A DNA stretch of 64,000 bases, from positions 4,446-68,445 of the forward strand of contig CAZQTD010000001.1 of NCBI GenBank assembly GCA_964596355.1. The letters run 5' to 3'. Under the pieces are notes generated by a model. That model made no database searches and was not told where the DNA came from. It saw only the letters and a program-made list of their open reading frames with translations. The translations under genes and the position numbers were made by a program. The DNA comes from an uncultured Gammaproteobacteria bacterium (lineage in GTDB: Bacteria > Patescibacteriota > Microgenomatia > UBA10105 > UBA927). This document shows, one piece after another, positions 17,872 through 26,412 of this stretch (the first letter of the stretch is position 1; the number at the start of each line of letters is the position of its first letter).

Positions 17872-17962
17872 GATTCTGATGCGCTAGTTGCTATTGCAGA
17901 TTACAAAACTTATCCGTACAATGATACTAGGTCGACAGCCGTTGACTTTTCTGTATATTTAT

Positions 17963-19354
17963 ATGAAACAACATCCTGTCCCGCAAAACGTCACCACATT
18001 CCAATTCCGCCTAATTGGCGACATGACCATCAAACAGTTTGGGTATTTAGCCGGCGGTGCGATCTTGGCGTATATTTTTTATAAATTACCCCTCCCATTC
18101 TTTTTCACATGGCCGCTGGCAATTACCTCCGCAGTCGGCGGGTTTGGCTTTGCGTTTATCCCCATAGAAGAACGGCCAATGGATGTATGGGTGTTTGCGT
18201 TTATTAAAAGCGTGTATAGCCCCACCCTCTTTGTGTGGTCCCGCACACAGCCGGCACCTCCCTCGACGACAAAAAGCTCTTCTGGGCCCGCAGCACCGCC
18301 CAATCGGGCGGTGCCCCCGGCGGCTTCACGCGCAGTGCAATCCCCTTCTTTAGCACTCCCCAAAAAATCAACCGCGGATGCGCTGCAGGGAATTTTTCGG
18401 CAAGCTCCCAAGCAGACTGCGCCGCCGGCACAATCCGGTCGCCCGACCGCGCCGCCGCAACAACCAGCGAGGATTCTCCCGAAACAACCGGATTTTTTCT
18501 CTTCGCTTTTCGGCTCGCTGTTTCCCAAAAAGAAACCGCGTCAATCGGTACATCAAGAAGGTCAAGACGACTCGTCATCATCCGCCACCCCCACGCCGTC
18601 AATAACCGGCCGACACTTAGATCTTTCAACACCGCCGGCAGTTGGAGCAATGCCTCCCGAAACCGTCAAACAGGCGGCTGACGAAGTACAGAAAAAAGAG
18701 GAACAACTGGAGTCCAAGCTTCATGATCTACAGAAAGAGCTCCAAAGCAAAACAGTCGAACAGTCGCGTATTGTAGAGCTTCAGAAACAACTAACAGAAG
18801 TGCTTGCCGAGCGCGAGCGGATGGAGGCAGAACTCGTTAAACTCCGGCAACAAATGGAGGCGCAAGCTGCCCCCACCGCCGCTCCTGTTGCCGTCGCGCC
18901 TTCTCCCCACTCTGTTGCCGCACAGGGTCAACCAGCGCACGTGGCTTTCCCTGCCACGCCCAAGCAGCCGACGATTAAAGTCATTACACCGGAAACCGCG
19001 GTGAAGGCAGGGCTGCCACGCCTCACGACCTTCCCCAATGTCGTCACCGGTATTATCAAAGACAGCGAACACAACTTTTTGCCCGGCGTTCTTGTAACCG
19101 TACGAGACAAAGATGGTGTCCCGCTTCGAGCGCTTAAAACCAACCGTCTGGGACAATTTGCGGCTTCCACGCCACTTCCCAACGGGACGTACTTTGTAGA
19201 AATCGAAGATCCGCGGGGGAGATTTACCTTTGACCGCGTACAGATTACGCTGAATGGTTCGGTAGTGCCGGCGCTTGAAATCGTCGCCAAAAGCCAAAAA
19301 GAGCTTGCTCGGGCACAACTGGAGAAAGAAATCTTTGGGAACCAAATGACATAA
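17963..19354 (+). CDS. PrgI/VirB3-like membrane domain fused to Pro-rich linker, coiled coil and carboxypeptidase-regulatory-like beta-sandwich domain (start at internal ATG 17963)
   Basis: N-terminus FQFRLIGDMTIKQFGYLAGGAILAYIFYKLPLP...AITSAVGGFGFAFIPIEERPMDVWVF. Then an A/P/S/Q-rich ~190-aa segment, a coiled coil (EEQLESKLHDLQKELQ...), and a C-terminus GVLVTVRDKDGVPL..TNRLGQFAASTPLPNGTYFVEIEDP. Confidence 0.5.
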   Translation: MKQHPVPQNVTTFQFRLIGDMTIKQFGYLAGGAILAYIFYKLPLPFFFTWPLAITSAVGGFGFAFIPIEERPMDVWVFAFIKSVYSPTLFVWSRTQPAPPSTTKSSSGPAAPPNRAVPPAASRAVQSPSLALPKKSTADALQGIFRQAPKQTAPPAQSGRPTAPPQQPARILPKQPDFFSSLFGSLFPKKKPRQSVHQEGQDDSSSSATPTPSITGRHLDLSTPPAVGAMPPETVKQAADEVQKKEEQLESKLHDLQKELQSKTVEQSRIVELQKQLTEVLAERERMEAELVKLRQQMEAQAAPTAAPVAVAPSPHSVAAQGQPAHVAFPATPKQPTIKVITPETAVKAGLPRLTTFPNVVTGIIKDSEHNFLPGVLVTVRDKDGVPLRALKTNRLGQFAASTPLPNGTYFVEIEDPRGRFTFDRVQITLNGSVVPALEIVAKSQKELARAQLEKEIFGNQMT

Positions 19355-19359
19355 ACACC

Positions 19360-20016
19360 ATGAATCAACCGATTGTCCCCATTCGCTCATCCACACAGGT
19401 ATTTACCGAAATTGAAACGATCAACCACGACGTCGTTATGTTTGTGGACGGCTCCTGCTGCATGGTGGTTGCAACAACCGCGGTCAACTTTGGCCTTCTG
19501 TCGCAAAACGAGCAAGACACTATCATCACGGCGTATGCGGGACTTCTCAATTCGCTGTCGTTCCCCATTGAGCTTATTATCCGCACGCAGCACAAGGACG
19601 TCACGTCATATCTGCGCATGCTTGAGGATCAGGAGCGCAAGCAAAAACATCCCAAACTGGGCAAAAGCATCCACAACTACCGACTGTTCGTCGCCGCAAC
19701 AGTCAAAGAAAAGGATGTCCTGGACAAAAAATTTTATATCGCGATCCCGTTTTCCGCGCTTGAGCTTGGACCGTCTCCAAACGTATTCTTTGGCGGAAAA
19801 AGGCGCGGGCTGCCGTACAAACGCGAGTATATTTTTGAGCGAGCGCTCACCGTGCTGACACCCAAAAAGGACCACATTATCCGGCTTCTGAACCGCCTTG
19901 GTTTGCACGCGTATCAACTCACAAGCGAACAACTCGTGATGCTGTTTTTCTCCTACTATAACCCCGACGTGCCAATGCCCGAGGAAGAAACGATCCAACG
20001 ATCAATAGGAAAGTAG
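19360..20016 (+). pseudogene. VirB4/TrbE/CagE N-terminal domain; same frame as the downstream ATPase ORF, separated only by TAG (20014-20016) plus one codon
   Basis: 218 aa resembling VirB4-family N-domains. 20020-19360 = 660, divisible by 3, so the two ORFs share a reading frame. Confidence 0.55.
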
Positions 20017-20019
20017 CCT

Positions 20020-21945
20020 ATGGACGCAAAAACACTGCTAAAAAAATTCGTCAACCCAATGCCGGAGGACACTCCCACGCCGCAAGACGTCAACGGCCCG
20101 CTTACGGTGAAAGATATCATTGCGCCGCCGGTGATTGAAGTTGACTTTGACTTCCTTAAAATCGGCAATTCGTTTAGTAGAACGCTGTTTGTCGCCGGCT
20201 ACCCGCGTTTTGTCTCCGCAAACTGGCTTGAGCCGCTCATTTCGTTTGACCATACGCTCAATATCGCGATGTACATTTACCCAACGAGGAGCGAAGAGGT
20301 TTTGGAAAATCTCAAACGCAAGGTTGGTGAAATGGAAGCAACAATTCAATCTGACATGAAGCGCGGCAAGGTCATCGAGCCATCGGTGCAAGTGGCGCTT
20401 GAAGACGCGCTTGCCCTCCAACAGGAACTTGCTAAAGGAGCAGAGCGGTTCTTCCAGTTCGGCCTGTATGTGACCATTCCGGCAAAAACACTAGAAGACC
20501 TCAATAAAACCACCAAGCAGGTAGAAGCAACGCTCGCGTCGCTTCTTATCATCACTAAGCGCGCAGTTCTCCAGATGGAAGAAGGCATTAAAACCACGCT
20601 TCCCATGGGTCAAGACAGGCTTGTTATTACCCGCAACATGGACACGACGAGTCTGGCAACCACTTTTCCCTTCACAACAAGCGAGCTAACCGCCAACGAG
20701 GGTATTTTGTATGGCATCAACGAGCACAACGACAGCCTCATTATCTTTGACCGGTTTACCATGGAGAACGCCAACACCGTTGTTTTTGGAAAGTCGGGTT
20801 CGGGAAAATCATTTTTGGTTAAGCTTGAAATTATGCGCAGTTTGATGTTTGACACAGAAGTCATCGTCATTGATCCGGAAAATGAATACGAAGCGCTCTC
20901 TCATGCCTTGGGGGGCGAGTACATCCGGTTCCACTTTGGCGCGCAAACGAAAATCAACCCGTTTGATTTGGCGCTCCTTCACTCCACCAGAGCCAGCGAA
21001 CAGGAAAGCGAACTGAATCAAAAAATACTCGCGCTCCATGGATTTTTCCGCGTCGTGATGGGCAAGCTCACCCCCACCGAAGATGCGCTTCTTGACCGCG
21101 CGCTCATTTTAACCTACAAGCAAAAGGGCATTACACCGGATCCGTCCACCCAAGGCAAAGAGCCGCCGCTCATGGAGGATTTGTACAAAGCATTAATCGG
21201 CATGGAAGATCCGCTTGCCAGAGGACTTGCCGACCGCATAGAAAAATTTGTCAAAGGAAGTTTGGTGGGTATTTTTGACCGGCAGACCAATGTGGAAATC
21301 CGAAACCCGCTGACAGTCTTCTCTATCCGCGATCTGGAAGATGAACTGCGGCCCATTGCCATGTACCTTATCCTTGACTTTATTTGGACTAAAGTAAGAA
21401 GAGACCTGAAGCGCCGCATCCTTTTGGTTGATGAGGCGTGGTACATGATGAAGTACCCTGACAGCGGCGCGTTTTTAAACTCGATTGCCAAGCGCGCGCG
21501 CAAGTACTACTTAGGCTTGACGACGATCACCCAAGACGTCGAAGATTTCCTTTCGGTTGACTTAGGCAGGGCAATTATTCAAAACAGCAGTCTCCAAATA
21601 CTCCTTAAACAGTCGTCTGCGGCAATTGACAAGGTTGCGGAGGTTTTTTACCTGTCAGAAGGCGAAAAACACCTACTTCTGTCGGCAGACGTGGGCGAGG
21701 GGCTGTTTTTTGCCGGACAGGCGCACGCCGCCATCCGCATCATTGCCTCGCCCGACGAGCATGAACTTATCACCACTAAGCCCCAGGAGCTCCAACAAAA
21801 AGCGCAGAAGCCTGCCGGTGAGCAAAAGGCACAACAACCGGCAATCATCACGGACAAATCGAGTGCGTCTCCCCCGCCGCCTCCTTCTTTTCCGGCGAGT
21901 CGCCCTGTTTTTACTGTAGAAACGGTTCAATCCGATGGTAAGTAG
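20020..21945 (+). CDS. VirB4/TrbE/CagE-family T4SS ATPase, C-terminal ATPase part
   Basis: 641 aa. Walker A VVFGKSGSGKSFLVK, the VIVIDPENEY segment, and the DEAW motif in RRILLVDEAWYMMK. Confidence 0.7.
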   Translation: MDAKTLLKKFVNPMPEDTPTPQDVNGPLTVKDIIAPPVIEVDFDFLKIGNSFSRTLFVAGYPRFVSANWLEPLISFDHTLNIAMYIYPTRSEEVLENLKRKVGEMEATIQSDMKRGKVIEPSVQVALEDALALQQELAKGAERFFQFGLYVTIPAKTLEDLNKTTKQVEATLASLLIITKRAVLQMEEGIKTTLPMGQDRLVITRNMDTTSLATTFPFTTSELTANEGILYGINEHNDSLIIFDRFTMENANTVVFGKSGSGKSFLVKLEIMRSLMFDTEVIVIDPENEYEALSHALGGEYIRFHFGAQTKINPFDLALLHSTRASEQESELNQKILALHGFFRVVMGKLTPTEDALLDRALILTYKQKGITPDPSTQGKEPPLMEDLYKALIGMEDPLARGLADRIEKFVKGSLVGIFDRQTNVEIRNPLTVFSIRDLEDELRPIAMYLILDFIWTKVRRDLKRRILLVDEAWYMMKYPDSGAFLNSIAKRARKYYLGLTTITQDVEDFLSVDLGRAIIQNSSLQILLKQSSAAIDKVAEVFYLSEGEKHLLLSADVGEGLFFAGQAHAAIRIIASPDEHELITTKPQELQQKAQKPAGEQKAQQPAIITDKSSASPPPPPSFPASRPVFTVETVQSDGK

Positions 21946-21950
21946 CTTTT

Positions 21951-24104
21951 ATGGCAGACGAGCCGCATAAATCCATCACCACGGTCAACGAGTTTATCGG
22001 CGCTTGGAAAAGCGAGATAGACGCAAATCCGTATAGCGTCTTTATCGCAATGGCGCAATATAAAAACTTTCAAGAGTGTTTTGGTATAGACCCCGACCGG
22101 CTCTCTTGGGCGCTGGGAGACGAGGAGGAACTCAAGGCCTACATTAAGGAACTGTTTCACGCTCTTGAAGCGCAGGGTCCAATCGAAACCACAAAGAGGT
22201 CGCTTACGACCGGTGTCAAGCTCCCACGGGAAACCATAGAAGTTGTCGGCAGGCGGTTTCAGGAAAACGCGGCTAAAAAGTATCTCCGTCCGCAAGAACT
22301 TACGGATTATGCCAGAGCGTACACGCAATACTGGGTTCAGGCTCTTAGAGACGAACGACTGTATGCTCTTGAAAAACACATCGAGCAAGGAGTTGTTCGA
22401 GAACTCGCCCGACCGGAAGTCTCACAAAACCCCGAGCTGCTCGGACTGCGCACAGGAGAGTATATTAAAACACTTATCCATAAAGAAGTTGAGGTGCCTG
22501 GTGCCGCCCGAGATTTTGTCAATACCCATAGAGACAGATTCGCTGCGCTGTCATGGCAAGCAGGCGTTGTTCTGGCTGCAGCCCATACGCTTGTTTGGGA
22601 GCCCACCATCTCAAATCCCGACGTTTTTCTTGGCCGCGTTCAGGAGCGGCTTGCCAATCCCGACCTTAGCCAGCCGGCGGCTGAAGTTGTCCGTGTCGCG
22701 TATTACGAAGTGCGCGCAGAAGAAGCCTTATCCATAAAAGAAGTGATTGAGGGGGCTCCGTCGGGAAGCACGGCGTTTTTTCAGTCATATGCACGTGCTG
22801 CGCCACCTGTTCTCGCAAAAACAGCAGACGCCCTCCTCGGCCTGTTGCCCCCACCCGCCAGGGATGCCGTCGTTGCCAAGATATTTGCAAAATCACTCAA
22901 AACTTTTGAACGTGTAACGCAAAAGGTCGGAGAGCGCGTCGTGCAATCTCCGCTCGTTCAAAAACTCATCCAGGATGCCGGATCTGCCGCAGGACAAACA
23001 CGAGGAGCTCGGTCGCTTCTTGCGACCGCGGCAAATGTTGCCGGCGACCTCGCAGTGTCGTTTCGAGCAATAGACAAACAAACGTCAGAGCAGGTGGCTG
23101 CATTTCTCAAAACCATTGAGGCTCATCAGGACGAATCGGTCTTGGCGATTGTACGCGCGTACGCAGTGTATATCGAGCGCATCGCTCACTCCGAAGGCCT
23201 CCACGTTCTTGTTGAAGGCGGCAACTGGGTGCTGCGAAGAGGTGTCAATAAAGCCGCGGTGGGCGCAACCATTCAAGAAATTGGTTTTCTGCCGTGGCTG
23301 CGAAGGGTTGCTGTTTCGCTTTTCAACAAGACTGACATTGGAAAAAGTGTTGTCAACATCCTTGGCGCCGCGCGTCCGGTCGGACTGATTGCGGCGGTCG
23401 GACGCATAGTCTTGCGTTGGATCGCAGACGCGCTCGGCGGCGCATGGGGCAGATTAAAAGAGGGGGGGGTTAAAGACCCGCCGGAGGTCCGCGCAAGCAC
23501 CATGCTCATCGTTTTTTCGCTTGGTGGACTTCTTCTTCTTTCTTTTACATTCAGCTCAGGTTGGTTTGGTACCGCGTGGGGAACGCTCTCCACTGCCGCC
23601 CTCGGCGGCGGAAGAGAAACAGGATCAGTCTACACGGGTCCTCTTCCTATGGCGGGAGACATAACCGGCTGTCCCACGGAAGGAGGCTACGAAATCACCC
23701 AATGTTCGTACTGGGAATCATCCAATACCCACGCACAATACCATGAACACGCGTATGACATCGCAACTCCTATGGGAACTGTGGTATTGGCAACCCACAA
23801 CGGCAATGTCGTCTATGCAGGCCCAAGTAGCCATGGTTATGGCACATATATTAAACTTGTAGGAGTAAATACCGCCGGAGAAACGTACTATACAATCTAT
23901 GCTCACTTGCAAAGCGTCTGGGTACAATCCGGGGATAGCGTCAGCGTTGGCCAGGCGCTTGGCCTTTCGGGAAATTCTGGCAACTCAACCAGTCCACACC
24001 TACATTATGAGTATAGGGATGCTAATAATCAGACCCCTTCCTCGCCAACGAGGTTTCTGCTAAACACGTGTGGATATAGTAACCCACTTGGTTGTACACT
24101 ATAA
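21951..24104 (+). CDS. M23 (LytM-type) peptidase fused to a large N-terminal domain; T4SS-associated cell-wall hydrolase candidate
   Basis: 717 aa. C-terminus HEHAYDIATPMGT (HxxxD) ... YAHL ... SPHLHYEY (HxH). One TM near residue 500. Confidence 0.7.
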   Translation: MADEPHKSITTVNEFIGAWKSEIDANPYSVFIAMAQYKNFQECFGIDPDRLSWALGDEEELKAYIKELFHALEAQGPIETTKRSLTTGVKLPRETIEVVGRRFQENAAKKYLRPQELTDYARAYTQYWVQALRDERLYALEKHIEQGVVRELARPEVSQNPELLGLRTGEYIKTLIHKEVEVPGAARDFVNTHRDRFAALSWQAGVVLAAAHTLVWEPTISNPDVFLGRVQERLANPDLSQPAAEVVRVAYYEVRAEEALSIKEVIEGAPSGSTAFFQSYARAAPPVLAKTADALLGLLPPPARDAVVAKIFAKSLKTFERVTQKVGERVVQSPLVQKLIQDAGSAAGQTRGARSLLATAANVAGDLAVSFRAIDKQTSEQVAAFLKTIEAHQDESVLAIVRAYAVYIERIAHSEGLHVLVEGGNWVLRRGVNKAAVGATIQEIGFLPWLRRVAVSLFNKTDIGKSVVNILGAARPVGLIAAVGRIVLRWIADALGGAWGRLKEGGVKDPPEVRASTMLIVFSLGGLLLLSFTFSSGWFGTAWGTLSTAALGGGRETGSVYTGPLPMAGDITGCPTEGGYEITQCSYWESSNTHAQYHEHAYDIATPMGTVVLATHNGNVVYAGPSSHGYGTYIKLVGVNTAGETYYTIYAHLQSVWVQSGDSVSVGQALGLSGNSGNSTSPHLHYEYRDANNQTPSSPTRFLLNTCGYSNPLGCTL

Positions 24105-24110
24105 ACGTCC

Positions 24111-25115
24111 ATGAACAAGCAACGTTTCGTTGTGCTATTTTTTCTTGCCGCCGCCGCGGGGTTCATCGCGTTTCTGATGACCAGACAGCGACGGGAGGCT
24201 CCCCATGTCCTAACCGACTCCTCACCAACACCATCGGCTTCTCTTGTGCAACCATCTTTCCCGGATACCGCGTTGGGCCTTGCCGAACCAACGTATGCTG
24301 TTCCCTCTCTCGCGGACTTTTTTCCTTCGTCAATCTCTGTGTATACGCGCGTACCGCGAGCTGACGAGTCGCAAGAGGCCTCGCGCATCGCAAAAATTTT
24401 TGGTATAACACAAAACCCCAAGGTCATCTCTGGCCCCCCGGGCACCTATTATATTTTTCAGTCAGGAATAAAAGGCCTTGTGGTGGGACCGGGTTTAACA
24501 AAGATAGACTACTCCGTCCCACCAGCTGCCATTCCGAGTGCCCTACCGGAAAAAGACGCTGACCTTGTAGAAGCTGCTACACAGCTACTCTCTTCCCTGT
24601 TTCCCAAAACAGTCTTTCAGTCCCCTGCTGTTTCATACTATAAAGAAAGCGGAAACGACTTAATCTTTGGGAACAGGGCTTCTTCGACAAACATTCAACT
24701 TGTATATCAGCCAGTCCTTGAAACTTTGCCGCTTTTCGTTGGATATCCCAGTGAATCAGTAGCCGTCATCCGTCTAAAAGCAAACAAGGAGGTTGTTTAT
24801 CTTTCGGCCCCTGTGTATCCGATCCTTCAAAAGACTGGTCAACTTGCTTCAATCGTCTCTATCGAGCAGGCAAGAACAAGGCTTATTAGCGGCAGGGGTG
24901 GGTTGCTGTCTGCCTTCTCCAACCAGGACATCAACGCGCCAGACACAAAAGAGTACTCATTCTCTTTGTCGACCATCTCTTCTGCCCAACTCGGGTATTA
25001 TCTTGATCCTAAGCTGGAGGTTATTACGCCGATTTTCGTCTTTTATGGCACTGCGACGGACAAAGCTACGCGCGTGCCAGTAGAAACAACCTCGTTTGTT
25101 TCTGCTCTTCCTTAA
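24111..25115 (+). CDS. N-terminally anchored exported protein, unknown function (possible VirB8-type bitopic component)
   Basis: 334 aa. N-terminal TM (VVLFFLAAAAGFIAFLM), then a ~300-aa non-hydrophobic domain. Last gene of the tightly spaced operon. Confidence 0.35.
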   Translation: MNKQRFVVLFFLAAAAGFIAFLMTRQRREAPHVLTDSSPTPSASLVQPSFPDTALGLAEPTYAVPSLADFFPSSISVYTRVPRADESQEASRIAKIFGITQNPKVISGPPGTYYIFQSGIKGLVVGPGLTKIDYSVPPAAIPSALPEKDADLVEAATQLLSSLFPKTVFQSPAVSYYKESGNDLIFGNRASSTNIQLVYQPVLETLPLFVGYPSESVAVIRLKANKEVVYLSAPVYPILQKTGQLASIVSIEQARTRLISGRGGLLSAFSNQDINAPDTKEYSFSLSTISSAQLGYYLDPKLEVITPIFVFYGTATDKATRVPVETTSFVSALP

Positions 25116-25133
25116 ATTGCTTCTTTAAATAAA

Positions 25134-26240
25134 TTATCCCTGCACCCGAACCGGCATAATGATGTGGAGATAGGATTCGTCTTTGACGGGCTTGAATACG
25201 CCGGGGTTTAATGATCCGGTCATTTCAAACAGCAGCTCCTCCTCTGTAAAATTGGCTAAAAATTCCAAGAGAAACCGGCTGTTAAACGCGATGTCTCCCC
25301 CTTCGCCGTCAACGCTTGCTTCCACATCGACCTGATTTTCACCCACCTGCGGCGTATTGGCCGACACCGTAACCGCTTGGTTTTCTATGTGAATGCGAAC
25401 AATGTTTGCATTGTCCCGCGCAAACAGCGACGCTGAACGCACTGCCTGGACGAAATTCTCGTTGTCAAGAAGAACCCTGGTGGTGTGTGTCGTTGGAATA
25501 ATCTTTTCAAAATTTGGATATTCTCCGTCTATAAGGCGCGTAAAAATGTCCGTGTCTCCAACAATAAACGCCAATTGTCCGTCACCTGTTTTTGTTAAAA
25601 GAACTGCCCCATCCTCCTTTTCTTCTAAACCAATTTTTACTACCTCGCCAAGCGCGCGCGCAGGAACCAAAAGGTCAAGCTGCTCTTTGGTTTTTAGATC
25701 GGCTTTACATACCGAAAGCCTATACCCATCGGTTGCAGCAAAAAGCGTTCTGTCTTCGTGTGTGAGAATTCTTATCCCTGTAAGCGTCGGCCTCCCCTCG
25801 TCCGTTGCCGCGGAAAACATTACACGAAGAAGCGCCTGTATAAGTGTGTCTTTGCCAATTTTTGACGCCCCGTTCTTTTCTGCGGACGGCAGCGGAGGAA
25901 ACTCTTCGGCGGCAAGGCCGGGGAGCGTTGCTCGAAACGAGCCGCTTGTGATACGAAGCGCCCCATCCTTAACTGTCAACGTTACTGGCGCTTTGGGAAT
26001 TGATGCGATAAATTCAGTAAACAGTCGCGAAGAAACACAAATTCCGCCGGGTTTTTCTGTTTTCGCTCCCACCCATGTGTTTTCTGCTGTATCTACGTTT
26101 GTTGCTGCTATGCGAACACCGCGGCTGTTTGCTTCCACAAGCACATTTTGAGTAATCGGCAATTGTGATCGTGAAGAAATTATTCTGCTTGTTCTTGTAA
26201 GCACTTTAAGCAAGTGTTCCTGTAAGACGGTTACGTGCAT
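25134..26240 (-). CDS. dnaN: DNA polymerase III beta sliding clamp
   Basis: 368 aa with typical DnaN length and N-terminus (MHVTVLQEHLLKVLTRTSRIIS...). Directly downstream of dnaA. Confidence 0.85.
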   Translation of the reverse strand: MHVTVLQEHLLKVLTRTSRIISSRSQLPITQNVLVEANSRGVRIAATNVDTAENTWVGAKTEKPGGICVSSRLFTEFIASIPKAPVTLTVKDGALRITSGSFRATLPGLAAEEFPPLPSAEKNGASKIGKDTLIQALLRVMFSAATDEGRPTLTGIRILTHEDRTLFAATDGYRLSVCKADLKTKEQLDLLVPARALGEVVKIGLEEKEDGAVLLTKTGDGQLAFIVGDTDIFTRLIDGEYPNFEKIIPTTHTTRVLLDNENFVQAVRSASLFARDNANIVRIHIENQAVTVSANTPQVGENQVDVEASVDGEGGDIAFNSRFLLEFLANFTEEELLFEMTGSLNPGVFKPVKDESYLHIIMPVRVQG

Positions 26241-26412
26241 ATTAGCATTATTTACTAGTAGTAATTAATAAAAGGCGGTGTGGAAAAGTGTATGGTGTTT
26301 TTTTTGGCGTGTCAATGGTGTGAAAAGAAGCAAACACAACGGTTGATACAGTGTGGAAATTTGTGTAGACAACCGCCAGTTTGTTGTAGAAATGTGGAAA
26401 ACAGCATGAGAA
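26241..26412. promoter_or_regulatory. dnaA-dnaN intergenic region with AT-rich stretch and three TGTGGAAA(A/T) DnaA-box-like 9-mers (candidate oriC/DUE)
   Basis: Boxes at 26279-26287, 26352-26360 and 26393-26401, each one mismatch from TGTGGATAA. AT-rich attagcattatttactagtagtaattaataaaa at 26241-26273. Confidence 0.45.
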
